64,000 nucleotides of DNA from Klebsiella phage NU-KP11: the sequence record OR644643.1. The stretch is one strand, 5' to 3'. The first letter of the stretch is position 1, and every line of letters starts with the position of its first letter. Shown here one piece after another: positions 1 through 9,558 of this stretch. Under the pieces are notes generated by a model. That model was not told the DNA's origin. It did not search any database and saw nothing but the letters and a program-made list of their open reading frames with translations. A program made the position numbers and the translations under genes.

Positions 1-156
1 ATAGATCCATCAATCAAAGTATCTCGAATACTACCGATCGTGTTGTCAAGGATACGTGATGCAGGGCTGGTTGCAAATACAACGCTAAACAGGTTGCTAC
101 GCTGAAAATCGCGATTAGCCATACCTGATAAAAATTCATCTACGTTGTAAAACATC
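1..156 (-). CDS. 54: Baseplate tail-tube initiator gp54, N-terminal part. The gene runs off the window start.
   Basis: Minus-strand translation from the ATG at 156 (GGAG 5 nt upstream) gives MFYNVDEFLSGMANRDFQRSNLFSVVFATSPA. This matches the remembered T4 gp54 N-terminus (NADFQRNNMFSCVFATTPS). It follows gp48 as in T4. Confidence 0.6.
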
Positions 157-164
157 ATATCTCC

Positions 165-1238
165 TTAGTAATTTGTATCAAAAATAGAATCCTGACGCAT
201 ATCGATCAGTTCCATAAATTGAATTTCGACCTCAAGTGAGATCGGGGTATTTGGTGATTCTCTTAATGTATTTACAATATTATCAATAGAACGACCAAAG
301 CGAACACTGGTAATACCTGCTGGCCCAAAGGTTGAATGAGGTAAACGCAAGGAATCCCCAGACTGGAAATCACGAATAAACCAGACAGGAGGCGATTTAA
401 TAACCTCTACGTTTGAAATGAAGTCAACCACATCATTACCCAGACTATTATCAAAATCTGACGCTGTTACTGGGTTACTGGAAGGGCTAATTGCGTTCGC
501 GGTTTTAGCACCCAGAACACCGTAATATTGTTTAACCAATGCAGCAACCTCTTTAGCAGTACCGCCAGAAGTTGTACCATAACCCAGAACAGTAAACAGA
601 TAGTAGATTTTAATCAGTTCCAGCAAATCATTACGGCTTTCGATCACGAATGTATTGTAATACATCTTTGTTCGCTTGTCAGAACCCTGGAAAGCGGCTT
701 TAGTACCAACATCAAGGGCTTCTCTTCGGTCTGCCATAATACCGCCTGAAACGGATTCTACAGCGCCCCATACCATGTTTGAAACAACACGGCTCAACCC
801 TTTGGTTAAGAAACTATCGTTTGCATCTTGATAGCGGTGGCTGTTTACTTCGTTATCGTTCAGGCTTCGCGGTAGCAGGATCTGGCAAACAGGTTCCATA
901 GTACCAATAGAACTATTCAACACTTGTTTGTACTTAACATTACCCGTCGCAGATGATAGTATTTGTTTTGGGTTCTGTGCTGCCTGACGTAATGAACGAT
1001 AGTTGTCTTTACTACCAACACCATTAAAATCATATGCAGTGAACAGAAGGCCGTTATTATACAGACTCGAAGCATTATAAGCATTATCGATACCTGCTGC
1101 ACGTTGGGCCGGAAATTCGGCGGTAACGATAGTTTGCTTTAATACTGATTCTGTGATTGCGGCACCCCCAGAGGGGATACCGCGATTTTTAATATTTTTG
1201 AGAGTGTTTATACTGTCATCAATAATAGAAAACTTCAT
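165..1238 (-). CDS. 48: Baseplate/tail-tube junction protein gp48-like
   Basis: 357-aa ORF. Position between the gp29-like and gp54-like genes copies the T4 order 28-29-48-54. The size is close to T4 gp48. Confidence 0.55.
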   Translation of the reverse strand: MKFSIIDDSINTLKNIKNRGIPSGGAAITESVLKQTIVTAEFPAQRAAGIDNAYNASSLYNNGLLFTAYDFNGVGSKDNYRSLRQAAQNPKQILSSATGNVKYKQVLNSSIGTMEPVCQILLPRSLNDNEVNSHRYQDANDSFLTKGLSRVVSNMVWGAVESVSGGIMADRREALDVGTKAAFQGSDKRTKMYYNTFVIESRNDLLELIKIYYLFTVLGYGTTSGGTAKEVAALVKQYYGVLGAKTANAISPSSNPVTASDFDNSLGNDVVDFISNVEVIKSPPVWFIRDFQSGDSLRLPHSTFGPAGITSVRFGRSIDNIVNTLRESPNTPISLEVEIQFMELIDMRQDSIFDTNY

Positions 1239-1248
1239 TATATGTTCC

Positions 1249-3042
1249 TTATGCCAGCGCTACGAGCGGTTTATGCTCTGTGCGTTGTACTGAATGAGTT
1301 ACGTTGTTGTTAACAGTTTTGTTGTTAACCTGAATGTTGCTTGCTTTATCAGCATCCGGTTTATTTGCTGCTAACGGTGGCTGTGCGTCGATCGGGGCGC
1401 TGGATTCTGTACGGGCTGCAATCTTGTTTTGCAATTGCTCGATAAGGTCAGAGATTCTATCCTTCTGTACATCGTCCAGATTGCCTTCATTACGACGTTT
1501 TTCAAGCTGATCCAACAGTTCATCGTTAATGTATTTGATATCGGCTGCATCCAGATTTTCAGAGTTAGCATAGTTGGTTGCTTTACCCAACAGATCATCA
1601 CCTTTTTTCTCGGATCCTTCTGGCGGTTGTTTGCCTTCCTTACGCGCTTGTTTCAGGCGATCCGCTTCGATTTGTGCCTGACGAACACGCTCTCTGTTGC
1701 GTTTGTTTTCCTCATCGGCTAACTTCTGTGCTTCTTCTGCACTGCCTTCAATCAATTTCACCTGACTTTTTAATTCGTCGGTGTGTTTTTTCATAGTATC
1801 CAGACGTTCTTTGTCAGCATCGACAATCTTCTGATTTCTTTCCTGATAATCAGTAGGAGCTACTTTGTAGATCGAACCGTTAGGGATCTGGCTAGGAGTA
1901 ATCGTCAACGCCTGACGTGCTGCAATGGCTTTATCTTCTTTTTCCAATGCTTCCTGTTGTTCTGCCAGTTCTTGTTTCTTAATCATGATAATATCGTCTT
2001 TGGTCAACTCAAGACCAAATTTCTGTTTATCACGTAAAGCGGTGATCTGCATTCCGCGTCCGGCATTGGTAATGCTGTCTATGCCAGTTGATTCACCCAA
2101 TGATTGAATAAGACGACCGATACCCTCAGTGATTGCCGTTTGTACAGTTTGTCCCAACAACTTCATAGGCTCAACGAACAAATCACGGAGTGATTCTCCT
2201 AAGTTATTCATATTGAAGTTGTTCAAACCTTCTTCGATCTTTGTTACGATAGCCTTTACGTTACCCAGATATGTACCAAATAGTTTCTTTGAGGATTCCC
2301 CTTCTTTCAGGATATCTTCGAACCATTTGCGTATTGTGACGCGCAACACATCGAATGTAAAGATTAACGAACCAATAAGGAGCGTCCATTTAGCAAACTT
2401 TGCCATTGCTTCCAGAGAGTAACCAATGAAACGGCTAAGGATCTGCGATGTAAACCCTTTAATAGAAACCAGGCTTTTAGCAATGCTATCCAGAGTTTTG
2501 CTTCTTTTGTCTTCATCATCAATGATGCGTTTTTTCTTAGTGTCTACATACGGATCAGGTTCTTCCACTGGTTCAGGAAGCGGTTTATGCTTATCAGTAT
2601 TTTCATATAAATCAACAAGTTTGTTAATAGCATGAAAAATAGATTCGGTGTTTTCTTCCAGCTTACCGAACTGACCATTTTGGTTAACGTTTACTGTATT
2701 GTCAACAGTTTTTGAGTTATCATCGGTTAAGGATATAGGACGGATCGGGCCGACGAAATCAGGTAGCTGTTCGGCTAATGATTCCTTTTTATCCTCTTCG
2801 TATTGTTCTTTGAACCCCGCGAATTTGTCACGGAATTTTTCTTCGAACGATTTCAACCCTTCTTTGATATCAAGAGTATTGATTGCACTTTCAAGGGTGT
2901 TATCGTTGATTTCCTTTAGGTCACGGGCGCTTTCAGCATCAAGGGAGGCTGTTACTTTGGTGACCGCTGGTTGTTTGTTGCTGTTTCTGTTCAGAAACTT
3001 TTTCTTTTGTTCTTCGTTGAAATAAGAGTTAGCCATTATCAT
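1249..3042 (-). CDS. 29: Baseplate hub/tail length determinator gp29-like
   Basis: 597-aa ORF (T4 gp29 is about 590 aa). It has extended coiled-coil/charged regions plus a hydrophobic segment. It lies between the gp28 and gp48 homologs and makes an ATGA-type overlap with gp28. Confidence 0.55.
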   Translation of the reverse strand: MIMANSYFNEEQKKKFLNRNSNKQPAVTKVTASLDAESARDLKEINDNTLESAINTLDIKEGLKSFEEKFRDKFAGFKEQYEEDKKESLAEQLPDFVGPIRPISLTDDNSKTVDNTVNVNQNGQFGKLEENTESIFHAINKLVDLYENTDKHKPLPEPVEEPDPYVDTKKKRIIDDEDKRSKTLDSIAKSLVSIKGFTSQILSRFIGYSLEAMAKFAKWTLLIGSLIFTFDVLRVTIRKWFEDILKEGESSKKLFGTYLGNVKAIVTKIEEGLNNFNMNNLGESLRDLFVEPMKLLGQTVQTAITEGIGRLIQSLGESTGIDSITNAGRGMQITALRDKQKFGLELTKDDIIMIKKQELAEQQEALEKEDKAIAARQALTITPSQIPNGSIYKVAPTDYQERNQKIVDADKERLDTMKKHTDELKSQVKLIEGSAEEAQKLADEENKRNRERVRQAQIEADRLKQARKEGKQPPEGSEKKGDDLLGKATNYANSENLDAADIKYINDELLDQLEKRRNEGNLDDVQKDRISDLIEQLQNKIAARTESSAPIDAQPPLAANKPDADKASNIQVNNKTVNNNVTHSVQRTEHKPLVALA

Positions 3043-3614
3043 TCACCAATGATGTTAAGCCCTTTGATGGTTTTCCCCTCATGAATAATGTATACTTCCT
3101 GGAGGACACCACGCGATACCTGATCATATTCGAATCGGTACAGGCAATTAATTAATTCGTCTCGTTTATCCTCAGTTAATTCTACTGGCTTACCGTCAAC
3201 ATATGCCTCTTTGATGAGGAACGGAAGGTGAGCATTTAACAGGCTGGGTTTGTCAAAGACTAACCGCACATTGTCAAACGTAAAATCATAGCAAGGTTCG
3301 GAGATTTTGAGGTCATCAAGATTTAGCCCAATTTCTTTAAGCGTATTGGCATAATCAGCGTTATTGTGTGCATACATATGGATCAACACAAATTCAATTT
3401 CCGCTGCTGTTAGTTCACGCGGTTTGATGTCATCAATGATGAATCGCATGATCGCAACTGGGTCATCTTTCAGAGTCTTAATCTTTACAAAATGACGATA
3501 CGACATCTTAGGGATCTCAATGGCTGTTCCATCCGGAAGATGAACGGTTTTAACGTTAGTCTTCTTGATTTCAAGCCGTGTAGTCATAAATTTATCAAGA
3601 GTTTTATTTTTCAT
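3039..3614 (-). CDS. 28: Baseplate hub distal subunit gp28
   Basis: IPKMSYRHFVKIKTL aligns with T4 gp28 IPNKLSYRSFIHIINL. The start is placed at the second Met (MKNKTL), which has a GAGG SD. The first ATG at 3641 has no SD. Confidence 0.6.
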   Translation of the reverse strand: MKNKTLDKFMTTRLEIKKTNVKTVHLPDGTAIEIPKMSYRHFVKIKTLKDDPVAIMRFIIDDIKPRELTAAEIEFVLIHMYAHNNADYANTLKEIGLNLDDLKISEPCYDFTFDNVRLVFDKPSLLNAHLPFLIKEAYVDGKPVELTEDKRDELINCLYRFEYDQVSRGVLQEVYIIHEGKTIKGLNIIGE

Positions 3615-3683
3615 TATTGCCTCAAATTGAACCTGGGTCATTATTTACTATTTAGTAAATAGGATATATTAGGAGGGATTTTT

Positions 3684-4793
3684 ATGGCTGAAAAAATCGT
3701 CAATCGAGTCACATCGATTAAATTATATACATCATACGAAAAATACATTGATAACGCATATACTGAATTGCTACCCGCTCTTGTCTCGTTTAGTGAAAAG
3801 ACGATGATTAACGGCTCATCGGAAACGCTGATGCAGATATACGACGCACAGTTAATCTATCAGCAACTTATCCAGCCGATCATACAGGTATCTTTCCAGT
3901 ACAACGGTACACAGGAACAACATTATTACGGATTGCTTTACTCTAACGTAGATACCGACGATAAAAACCGCTCTGTGCTGCGTATGAACCTCTCTCCGCT
4001 GCATAAAACGTTCAGACGTAAGTTTGCCCGTTCATTTAGTAACAACGCCGTACAGACGATTACAGAGTGTATGACGGCACTGTATAGCAAAATGAAACTA
4101 CTTACCCCCGAAGTTGACGGCGGTAACATACGTATCCCTCCTGGATGTCTAAATGGCACATATCAGGATATATTTGATTATATCAGGGACAACGGGCAAA
4201 GTGTAGTTTCTTCTGACTTCTGTTATCTGTGGGAAGATGGTTCCGGTATTTTCCTTAAAAGTTCAACTGACATTCTGGCCCAGACACCGATCCCAGCATA
4301 CAAATTTAACGTTGATAACGTGTTTGTTGGTGATACTGTCATATTCACAGAAGCCCAGTATATTACCCATAAGGATAACACAACGCTGTTTAAAGATGCC
4401 AGTTTCTTTAGTCTGTCATTGACTGATAAAAAGATGTACGGTGATATACTGGCTGATACAGACACAGAAAATACATGGATCTTCACAAACCGTAATGCAA
4501 TCTATGATACCAACTTTCAGAACCCCGATTCAGAAGGTAAACCGTTCCAGGCGTCTAAAATGCAATTGCTATCCAGCTATGAACGCCGGATCAGATTCGA
4601 TATAAAGCAGGGTCGTTTAGATGTTAAGGTAGGGGCAATCATTGAGGTATTTGGGGAAGAGTATGCAGGAAAATATCTGATCGTTGAATGTGTTCGAGAC
4701 GTATCAAAAGATTTCCACCTGCAAACACTTGAATGTATACAGGTGGGGGAACCTACCAGCGCCGCTACTACGAACACAACTAGCAGTACTTAA
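3684..4793 (+). CDS. 27: Baseplate hub subunit gp27
   Basis: N-terminus SIKLYTSYEKYIDNAYTELLPALVSFSEKTMINGSSETLMQIYDAQLIY matches T4 gp27 [49 protein letters not shown]. A strong AGGAGGG SD precedes the start. It is divergent from 28, unlike T4. Confidence 0.65.
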   Translation: MAEKIVNRVTSIKLYTSYEKYIDNAYTELLPALVSFSEKTMINGSSETLMQIYDAQLIYQQLIQPIIQVSFQYNGTQEQHYYGLLYSNVDTDDKNRSVLRMNLSPLHKTFRRKFARSFSNNAVQTITECMTALYSKMKLLTPEVDGGNIRIPPGCLNGTYQDIFDYIRDNGQSVVSSDFCYLWEDGSGIFLKSSTDILAQTPIPAYKFNVDNVFVGDTVIFTEAQYITHKDNTTLFKDASFFSLSLTDKKMYGDILADTDTENTWIFTNRNAIYDTNFQNPDSEGKPFQASKMQLLSSYERRIRFDIKQGRLDVKVGAIIEVFGEEYAGKYLIVECVRDVSKDFHLQTLECIQVGEPTSAATTNTTSST

Positions 4794-5167
4794 TCCTCAA
4801 ACAATCCGAGGTGGAGATCGAAAACATTGTTATTGACCTTTTTACGGGCCTTTATGATGTTTTCGTAATGTTCGCGTGGTAACTCAACCAAAAAACACTG
4901 TCTGTCTTCTGGAGCATTCTCAACTTGTGCTTCCAGAAGCGGATAGTTCTTAGGATCATCATAATCAATGTTGTTATCGAGATCCAGAATAACACAACGC
5001 CAAATTTCCGGCTCTGCTGATGTTTTAACAGTTTGAACCAATGACGCGTTTTTCAATCCCAGTCGATGCGAAAGAATTTCATGGGCGAATTCGGGGTCAT
5101 CATAACGGATCTCTTCACCATTCCAACGAATAAGGCGAACGGTTGCACTCAGTTTAAATTTGCTCAT
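4790..5167 (-). CDS. Hypothetical protein
   Basis: 125-aa ORF that overlaps its neighbours' start and stop by a few bases. No recognisable homolog. Confidence 0.45.
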   Translation of the reverse strand: MSKFKLSATVRLIRWNGEEIRYDDPEFAHEILSHRLGLKNASLVQTVKTSAEPEIWRCVILDLDNNIDYDDPKNYPLLEAQVENAPEDRQCFLVELPREHYENIIKARKKVNNNVFDLHLGLFED

Positions 5168-5463
5168 TTCATTTTCCTTGTCATCAATTCACGTAATTTT
5201 TTAGTTGGCGCTGGAGGATTTTTAATGATTTCCTGGATCTGATCCCATGTTTCGGGGGATACTTGTTCCTTTTCCATCACAACTATATTTGGATTATCGC
5301 AACACTTACCAACAAGAACAGAACGCCCACAATTAAGGCAAATCGTATCAGGGCATTTTCCAAGTTTATCAGGGTCGATAGATTCAAGGAATCTTCTTGC
5401 TACCGATAACCGCTCTTTAACTTCTTCTTCGCTAACTTCCATTTGTAATTTTCCGCCATTCAT
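5164..5463 (-). CDS. Hypothetical zinc-ribbon protein
   Basis: 99-aa ORF with CPDTICLNCG ... CCDNP cysteine pairs. Coupled by overlap to both neighbours. Confidence 0.45.
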   Translation of the reverse strand: MNGGKLQMEVSEEEVKERLSVARRFLESIDPDKLGKCPDTICLNCGRSVLVGKCCDNPNIVVMEKEQVSPETWDQIQEIIKNPPAPTKKLRELMTRKMK

Positions 5464-5473
5464 AATAATACCC

Positions 5474-5764
5474 TTATGCGATTTCGTAGCACTTCATGAC
5501 TTCTTCGAATACCAACGGCATTTCCAGATCCCATGAATCCGCAACTGGGTCATATGTTGCTTGATCTACCAGGGAAACCGGAATTGCAGAAACCCAACCA
5601 GAACCACCCTGAACATCAACGCGCTTGACCGTCATCAACGATAAATTGTTATAGAATTCTTCACTGAATTTTTCGCCACCATTACCAAGACTCTCTAACA
5701 TTTCACGGTTAACGAGTTTGATGTTTTTACCTTCCAAATCTTTGTTGATATCGATGAAGTTCAT
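5474..5764 (-). CDS. Hypothetical protein
   Basis: 96-aa ORF followed on the minus strand by the GCCCCTTCGGGGGC terminator hairpin. Confidence 0.45.
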   Translation of the reverse strand: MNFIDINKDLEGKNIKLVNREMLESLGNGGEKFSEEFYNNLSLMTVKRVDVQGGSGWVSAIPVSLVDQATYDPVADSWDLEMPLVFEEVMKCYEIA

Positions 5765-5791
5765 GTGATGTTCCTTTTGTTGGGGTTAAAA

Positions 5792-5805
5792 GCCCCCGAA
5801 GGGGC
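5792..5805 (-). terminator. Intrinsic terminator (GCCCC-UUCG-GGGGC plus U-run on the minus strand)
   Basis: Plus strand reads AAAAGCCCCCGAAGGGGCAACTTTTT. T-runs on both sides mean it could act bidirectionally. Confidence 0.55.
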
Positions 5806-5811
5806 AACTTT

Positions 5812-6075
5812 TTAGTAAGATCTGATTCTTAACTTAGTGATAGTTACCAGGTTTTTAGCGTGGGCTTTACATGCCGCTGGGAGACTGCTTTTCTCCGCGC
5901 TATGCTGGCGCATCAACCAGTTAAACATCCCTTCCAGACTACGGTTACTGTAGTGAACTACGTTTTCAACAACCAGTACGATATCACCGTCACTGTCCAT
6001 CAACAGGATCATGCGTCCACCCATTGCATTAGAAATAATCTGGTCATCGTGGAAATCTTTGATTGTTCTAGCCAT
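5812..6075 (-). CDS. Hypothetical protein
   Basis: The start is moved to the internal MARTIKDF. That Met has a GGAAC/AAAGG SD and lies directly downstream of a TGGTATAGT extended -10 and the conserved CATCGAAACGAAACA leader. Confidence 0.5.
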   Translation of the reverse strand: MARTIKDFHDDQIISNAMGGRMILLMDSDGDIVLVVENVVHYSNRSLEGMFNWLMRQHSAEKSSLPAACKAHAKNLVTITKLRIRSY

Positions 6076-6111
6076 TTTCGTAGTTCCTTTTGTCTGTTTC
6101 GTTTCGATGAA

Positions 6112-6160
6112 CACACTATACCAAACAAGAACAAGATAATTTTAGCAAAAAGTGCTATTA
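6112..6160 (-). promoter_or_regulatory. Extended -10 promoter TGGTATAGT plus the conserved leader CATCGAAACGAAACA
   Basis: Minus strand reads TAATAGCACTTTTTGCTAAAATTATCTTGTTCTTGTTTGGTATAGTgtgttCATCGAAACGAAACA. Confidence 0.45.
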
Positions 6161-6322
6161 ATGGAGAATTTCAGCAGTCATCACGATCCATATAGAAAGA
6201 GGAAACCCGTGAATGAATACCCACAACCCAAAATCATCACGTTTATTGTAAATCAAAGCAGTTATGAATATCGAAGCCGCCCAAAGAGCAGTAAACAGAA
6301 GATAATCACTGAGTGTGATCAT
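6158..6322 (-). CDS. Small membrane protein, about 54 aa (below the ORF-track cutoff)
   Basis: Its ATG makes an ATGA overlap with the stop of the 6319..6510 ORF. Translation MITLSDYLLFTALWAASIFITALIYNKRDDFGLWVFIHGFPLSIWIVMTAEILH contains one clear TM helix. Its TAA stop is followed directly by the promoter module for the next gene. Confidence 0.4.
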   Translation of the reverse strand: MITLSDYLLFTALWAASIFITALIYNKRDDFGLWVFIHGFPLSIWIVMTAEILH

Positions 6323-6510
6323 TTCTTCACCTCAAACAAAATACCGTCTTTTGTTGCCAGATCGATTTCGGTTTCCAACACTGCCGCAAGTGTCCACTCA
6401 TCGGAACCAGGTAAGCGCCTTTCCACTTGTCCGTTATCCAGCTTCCGCCACTGTGCGCCATTAACGCGAGATTCATAAGAAACGTTAACTTTCATAATCA
6501 GCCCATCCAT
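6319..6510 (-). CDS. Hypothetical protein
   Basis: 63-aa ORF with translational coupling on both sides. Confidence 0.4.
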   Translation of the reverse strand: MDGLIMKVNVSYESRVNGAQWRKLDNGQVERRLPGSDEWTLAAVLETEIDLATKDGILFEVKK

Positions 6511-6701
6511 TTACGGTATTTGATTGATTGGTTCATTGCAGAGATAATGCCAGATTCTTGCATGTTAGAAGCGCAATAGACTTCGGCAACCTGGATTTCG
6601 CGGTCATAGAGGTAAACACTACCACGAAAAGTTTTCAAGTGAGCGAATCCGCAATCTTTAACCAGGTTAAGGAATTCTGCTTTCTTCATCATGTGAGCCA
6701 T
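6498..6701 (-). CDS. Hypothetical protein
   Basis: The start is moved to MAHMMKK. A full TTGCAA-17-TATAGT promoter and the CATTGAAACGAAACA leader lie immediately upstream. Confidence 0.5.
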   Translation of the reverse strand: MAHMMKKAEFLNLVKDCGFAHLKTFRGSVYLYDREIQVAEVYCASNMQESGIISAMNQSIKYRKWMG

Positions 6702-6735
6702 TTTGTTTATCTCCGTGTTTCGTTTCAATGAACAC

Positions 6736-6775
6736 ACTATACAAAAAAGCCCCCTGCATTGCAAGAGGCTTCTTT
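6736..6775 (-). promoter_or_regulatory. Terminator-promoter module (TTGCAA in hairpin, 17 bp, TTGTATAGT) plus leader CATTGAAACGAAACA
   Basis: Minus strand reads AAGCCTCTTGCAATGCAGGGGGCTTTTTTGTATAGTgtgttCATTGAAACGAAACA. Confidence 0.5.
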
Positions 6776-6789
6776 AACAAAAAGTGCTA

Positions 6790-7359
6790 TTAAACGGCTT
6801 CTGTTTTCACTTCTAAACCAAGTTTAGCAAGCGCTTCAACTGCCATGAAATGATTTTCAAACGGAACTTCAACAGAAATTCGAATTGTTGTCGGTGTTGG
6901 ATCAGTCAGATATTTTGTCATTTGACGATCTTTCTGGTTTTTGCAAAGGATATCCGCCAGCGCTTCTACCGCGTCAGAATTGAAATCGTATGCATAATCA
7001 AGTCGGGATTGCACATAACGCATGTTGCGTTGAACATAATCCGGATATTCTTCAACGATCGGGGTTGCAACAGCCGCTTCGCTCATGCATTCAAAGTTAG
7101 GTTTTCGGAAAATACCAACACACTTATCATCGGATTCGTTATATACGAAAATAAATGCGTTGCTGTTCATGATATGGACGCACTGATACACTGGATGTCG
7201 GTAAATCACTTTCAGTACTTTCTTCACAGAAGGTTTGATAATGTGATTGGTTTCGAAGCGGGAACCTTCGGTTACTGTCAGCAGAGATTTTACTTCGTCG
7301 ATATGTTTACCGGACAGGTTTGCCATAAGGGTTTTGTGTTTCTGATAACTACTAGTCAT
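6790..7359 (-). CDS. Hypothetical protein (about 189 aa)
   Basis: The ORF-track Met is a TTG. The first ATG is MTSSYQ (7359). A TTGACT-17-TATATT promoter and ATCGAAACG leader lie upstream. Confidence 0.5.
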   Translation of the reverse strand: MTSSYQKHKTLMANLSGKHIDEVKSLLTVTEGSRFETNHIIKPSVKKVLKVIYRHPVYQCVHIMNSNAFIFVYNESDDKCVGIFRKPNFECMSEAAVATPIVEEYPDYVQRNMRYVQSRLDYAYDFNSDAVEALADILCKNQKDRQMTKYLTDPTPTTIRISVEVPFENHFMAVEALAKLGLEVKTEAV

Positions 7360-7394
7360 AATATATTCTCTCAGTGATTTACGTTTCGATATGC

Positions 7395-7437
7395 AATATA
7401 ACAAAGCCCCCGACCGGAGTCAAGGGCTTTTTATTAA
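7395..7437 (-). promoter_or_regulatory. Terminator-promoter module after the ligase gene (TTGACT in hairpin, 17 bp, TGTTATATT) plus leader ATCGAAACG
   Basis: Minus strand reads TAATAAAAAGCCCTTGACTCCGGTCGGGGGCTTTGTTATATTgcatATCGAAACG. Confidence 0.5.
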
Positions 7438-8963
7438 AATAGATCTGCAAAGACAACATGAATATCGTCGGGTTCGGTCTTATCGCGTCTTATCTTCTTG
7501 ATAATAGGAAGGAAGAAACTGTATTCCGGTTCCCCTTTCTTACGCGTTTTCGACTTCTGGAGGCCGTCAACTTCCATTTCTACAATGGCCCCAATGTATT
7601 CATCTTTATGCGCCATGATGTATTCGCGATCCAGTTCACCACGTTCATCTAATGGAATGTATACACGGGTAATACCATCATCATCGTAACGATAATCGGT
7701 ATCAGTTAACCCAGATCCGGTATTCGTTCGAGCCATTCCGGATAAATCTTCCACCACAAACCCGCCGACCTTATGGTCTTCTTTAGTGTGCGCGTAGATA
7801 TCAATGATCCGTAGTTCAATCGGGGTTTTGTTTTTCAGCTTAACCTGATCGGCTACTCGCGAATCTTTCCATTTGAAGTTTCTGTTTTTGAGAATAGAAC
7901 CTTCTTTACCGTCATTGCGGTAATTGTTATAGTCCTGCTTCGCTTCTGCAATGTTATTAACCAGCTTAGACTGAATCAAACGAACAGAAGGCAGAGAAAG
8001 ATCCAAGAGGATATCACGCAACAGGCTAAACCGCTCATCATAAGTCTGAACACTTTCAGCTTCGCCGTAATACACCTCATATGGAATAATATCCCAAACA
8101 ACATAAACAATGTTTCGCTGTTCTTCTTCGGTGATCGTCCCTTTCAGAGATTTGTTTACGATCCCATTCCCTTCTTCGCGTTTTGCTTCGGCCTGTTCTT
8201 CTTCTGGGGTCGATACTTTGCGAACTTCTTCCGCAAATAACGCAATGTCGTTATCATCATCGTCCATGAAAGCAGATAAAGAAAAAGGCATGTCTGTTTC
8301 AGGTTCAGGTAATGTTGGTACGGTTCCGGAAGGAACATAAATCAATTCTCCATCCAGAACTACATCATATCCCAGATAATCGCGAATCTTTTTCAGATCG
8401 ATATCAAGCTGAGTTAACCCTTCGTACTCGTTACCCGCTCTCGATACCTTACGGTTTAATGCTTCCAGCAAATCAGCCATGCAACGCGCACCATCGGCTT
8501 TAAGCTGCGAGTAAGCAGGGAAAATGATGCGACGTAAAGCCTTTTCACTAAACGGCGTAGCGAGGCATTGAGGCTGTTCAGGAATGAGTTTCTTCCATAC
8601 CCGGTTTGGTAAGGTTGTGCCAGCACCACATTCCAGATCGCGGTTAATGATACGGCGTAGCACTTCACGATCGTTAATGTTCACTGACGATACGATATCC
8701 AGCAAACGATCACGCGCTGCATTACCTGTATATTTCCGGCTTGCTAAATCTTCCAGTAATGCTTTGATTGCATCGGAAAGCGGTGTTGTGCCTGGTTTCC
8801 CTTCTACCAGAGGAAATTGACGCACATAAAACATAATCTGTTTTGTATACGTAATGCGGAAAACTTCTTTCAACAATTCATTATCGGCATTACGTTTTAA
8901 AATTGCTTCTTTCTCTTTAGTTTTCAGAGTAGACGCAAGTTCATTAAGGATTGACAAGATCAT
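7434..8963 (-). CDS. 30: ATP-dependent DNA ligase gp30
   Basis: MILSILNELASTLKTKEKEAILKRNADNELLKEVFRITYT aligns with T4 ligase MILKILNEIASIGSTKQKQAILEKNKDNELLKRVYRLTYS. The LKADGARC adenylation motif is present. Confidence 0.9.
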   Translation of the reverse strand: MILSILNELASTLKTKEKEAILKRNADNELLKEVFRITYTKQIMFYVRQFPLVEGKPGTTPLSDAIKALLEDLASRKYTGNAARDRLLDIVSSVNINDREVLRRIINRDLECGAGTTLPNRVWKKLIPEQPQCLATPFSEKALRRIIFPAYSQLKADGARCMADLLEALNRKVSRAGNEYEGLTQLDIDLKKIRDYLGYDVVLDGELIYVPSGTVPTLPEPETDMPFSLSAFMDDDDNDIALFAEEVRKVSTPEEEQAEAKREEGNGIVNKSLKGTITEEEQRNIVYVVWDIIPYEVYYGEAESVQTYDERFSLLRDILLDLSLPSVRLIQSKLVNNIAEAKQDYNNYRNDGKEGSILKNRNFKWKDSRVADQVKLKNKTPIELRIIDIYAHTKEDHKVGGFVVEDLSGMARTNTGSGLTDTDYRYDDDGITRVYIPLDERGELDREYIMAHKDEYIGAIVEMEVDGLQKSKTRKKGEPEYSFFLPIIKKIRRDKTEPDDIHVVFADLF

Positions 8964-9558
8964 TTAGTTTCTCTTCAATTTCAAACCATGATTTTACTAA
9001 CTGGTGAGGTGCATTTGTTTCTTCACGTTCACCACGTAACATATGGAATAACGGCAACTGACTAATGACGTTATGACATTCGTTTAAGTTTATCGCGAGA
9101 TCATCAACAAAGCAAACCAGACGATTACCATACTTTGCTTTCGCTTCCAGGTAACGATGAGTTTTTGTTTCACCGTGGCCCACGACCATCACCTCTTTAA
9201 ACGCAGACGGGAAAAGAGTATTCAGGTTAGCAATTCGGTTAAGGCTTGCCGTTGGTGTTGTTCCCAGAGCGGTAACGGCAACGAAATCATACTGCGTTTT
9301 CAGACGGTTGATCACAATCAATGCATCATCATACGCATTCAGATAACGAATGAAAGAACTGTTATTGTATTCTTCCATAAGGATTTTAGCCAACTGCTGA
9401 TCACATCCGAAGATTTCGGTCATATCACGAAATTTTTCATCTGTAACCATTTCTAATGCAATATCAGTAGGCATGTTGTGCTTAGACAAAAAGAACGGGA
9501 GGCCGCTTTGCCATTTTACGGCGATCCCGTCAATATCGGTAAGAATAACAGGTTTCAA
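8944..9558 (-). CDS. HAD-superfamily hydrolase-like protein
   Basis: N-terminal ILTDIDGI (DxDG motif I of HAD phosphatases). Overlaps the ligase gene by 20 nt. Confidence 0.5.
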   Translation of the reverse strand: MKPVILTDIDGIAVKWQSGLPFFLSKHNMPTDIALEMVTDEKFRDMTEIFGCDQQLAKILMEEYNNSSFIRYLNAYDDALIVINRLKTQYDFVAVTALGTTPTASLNRIANLNTLFPSAFKEVMVVGHGETKTHRYLEAKAKYGNRLVCFVDDLAINLNECHNVISQLPLFHMLRGEREETNAPHQLVKSWFEIEEKLNDLVNP

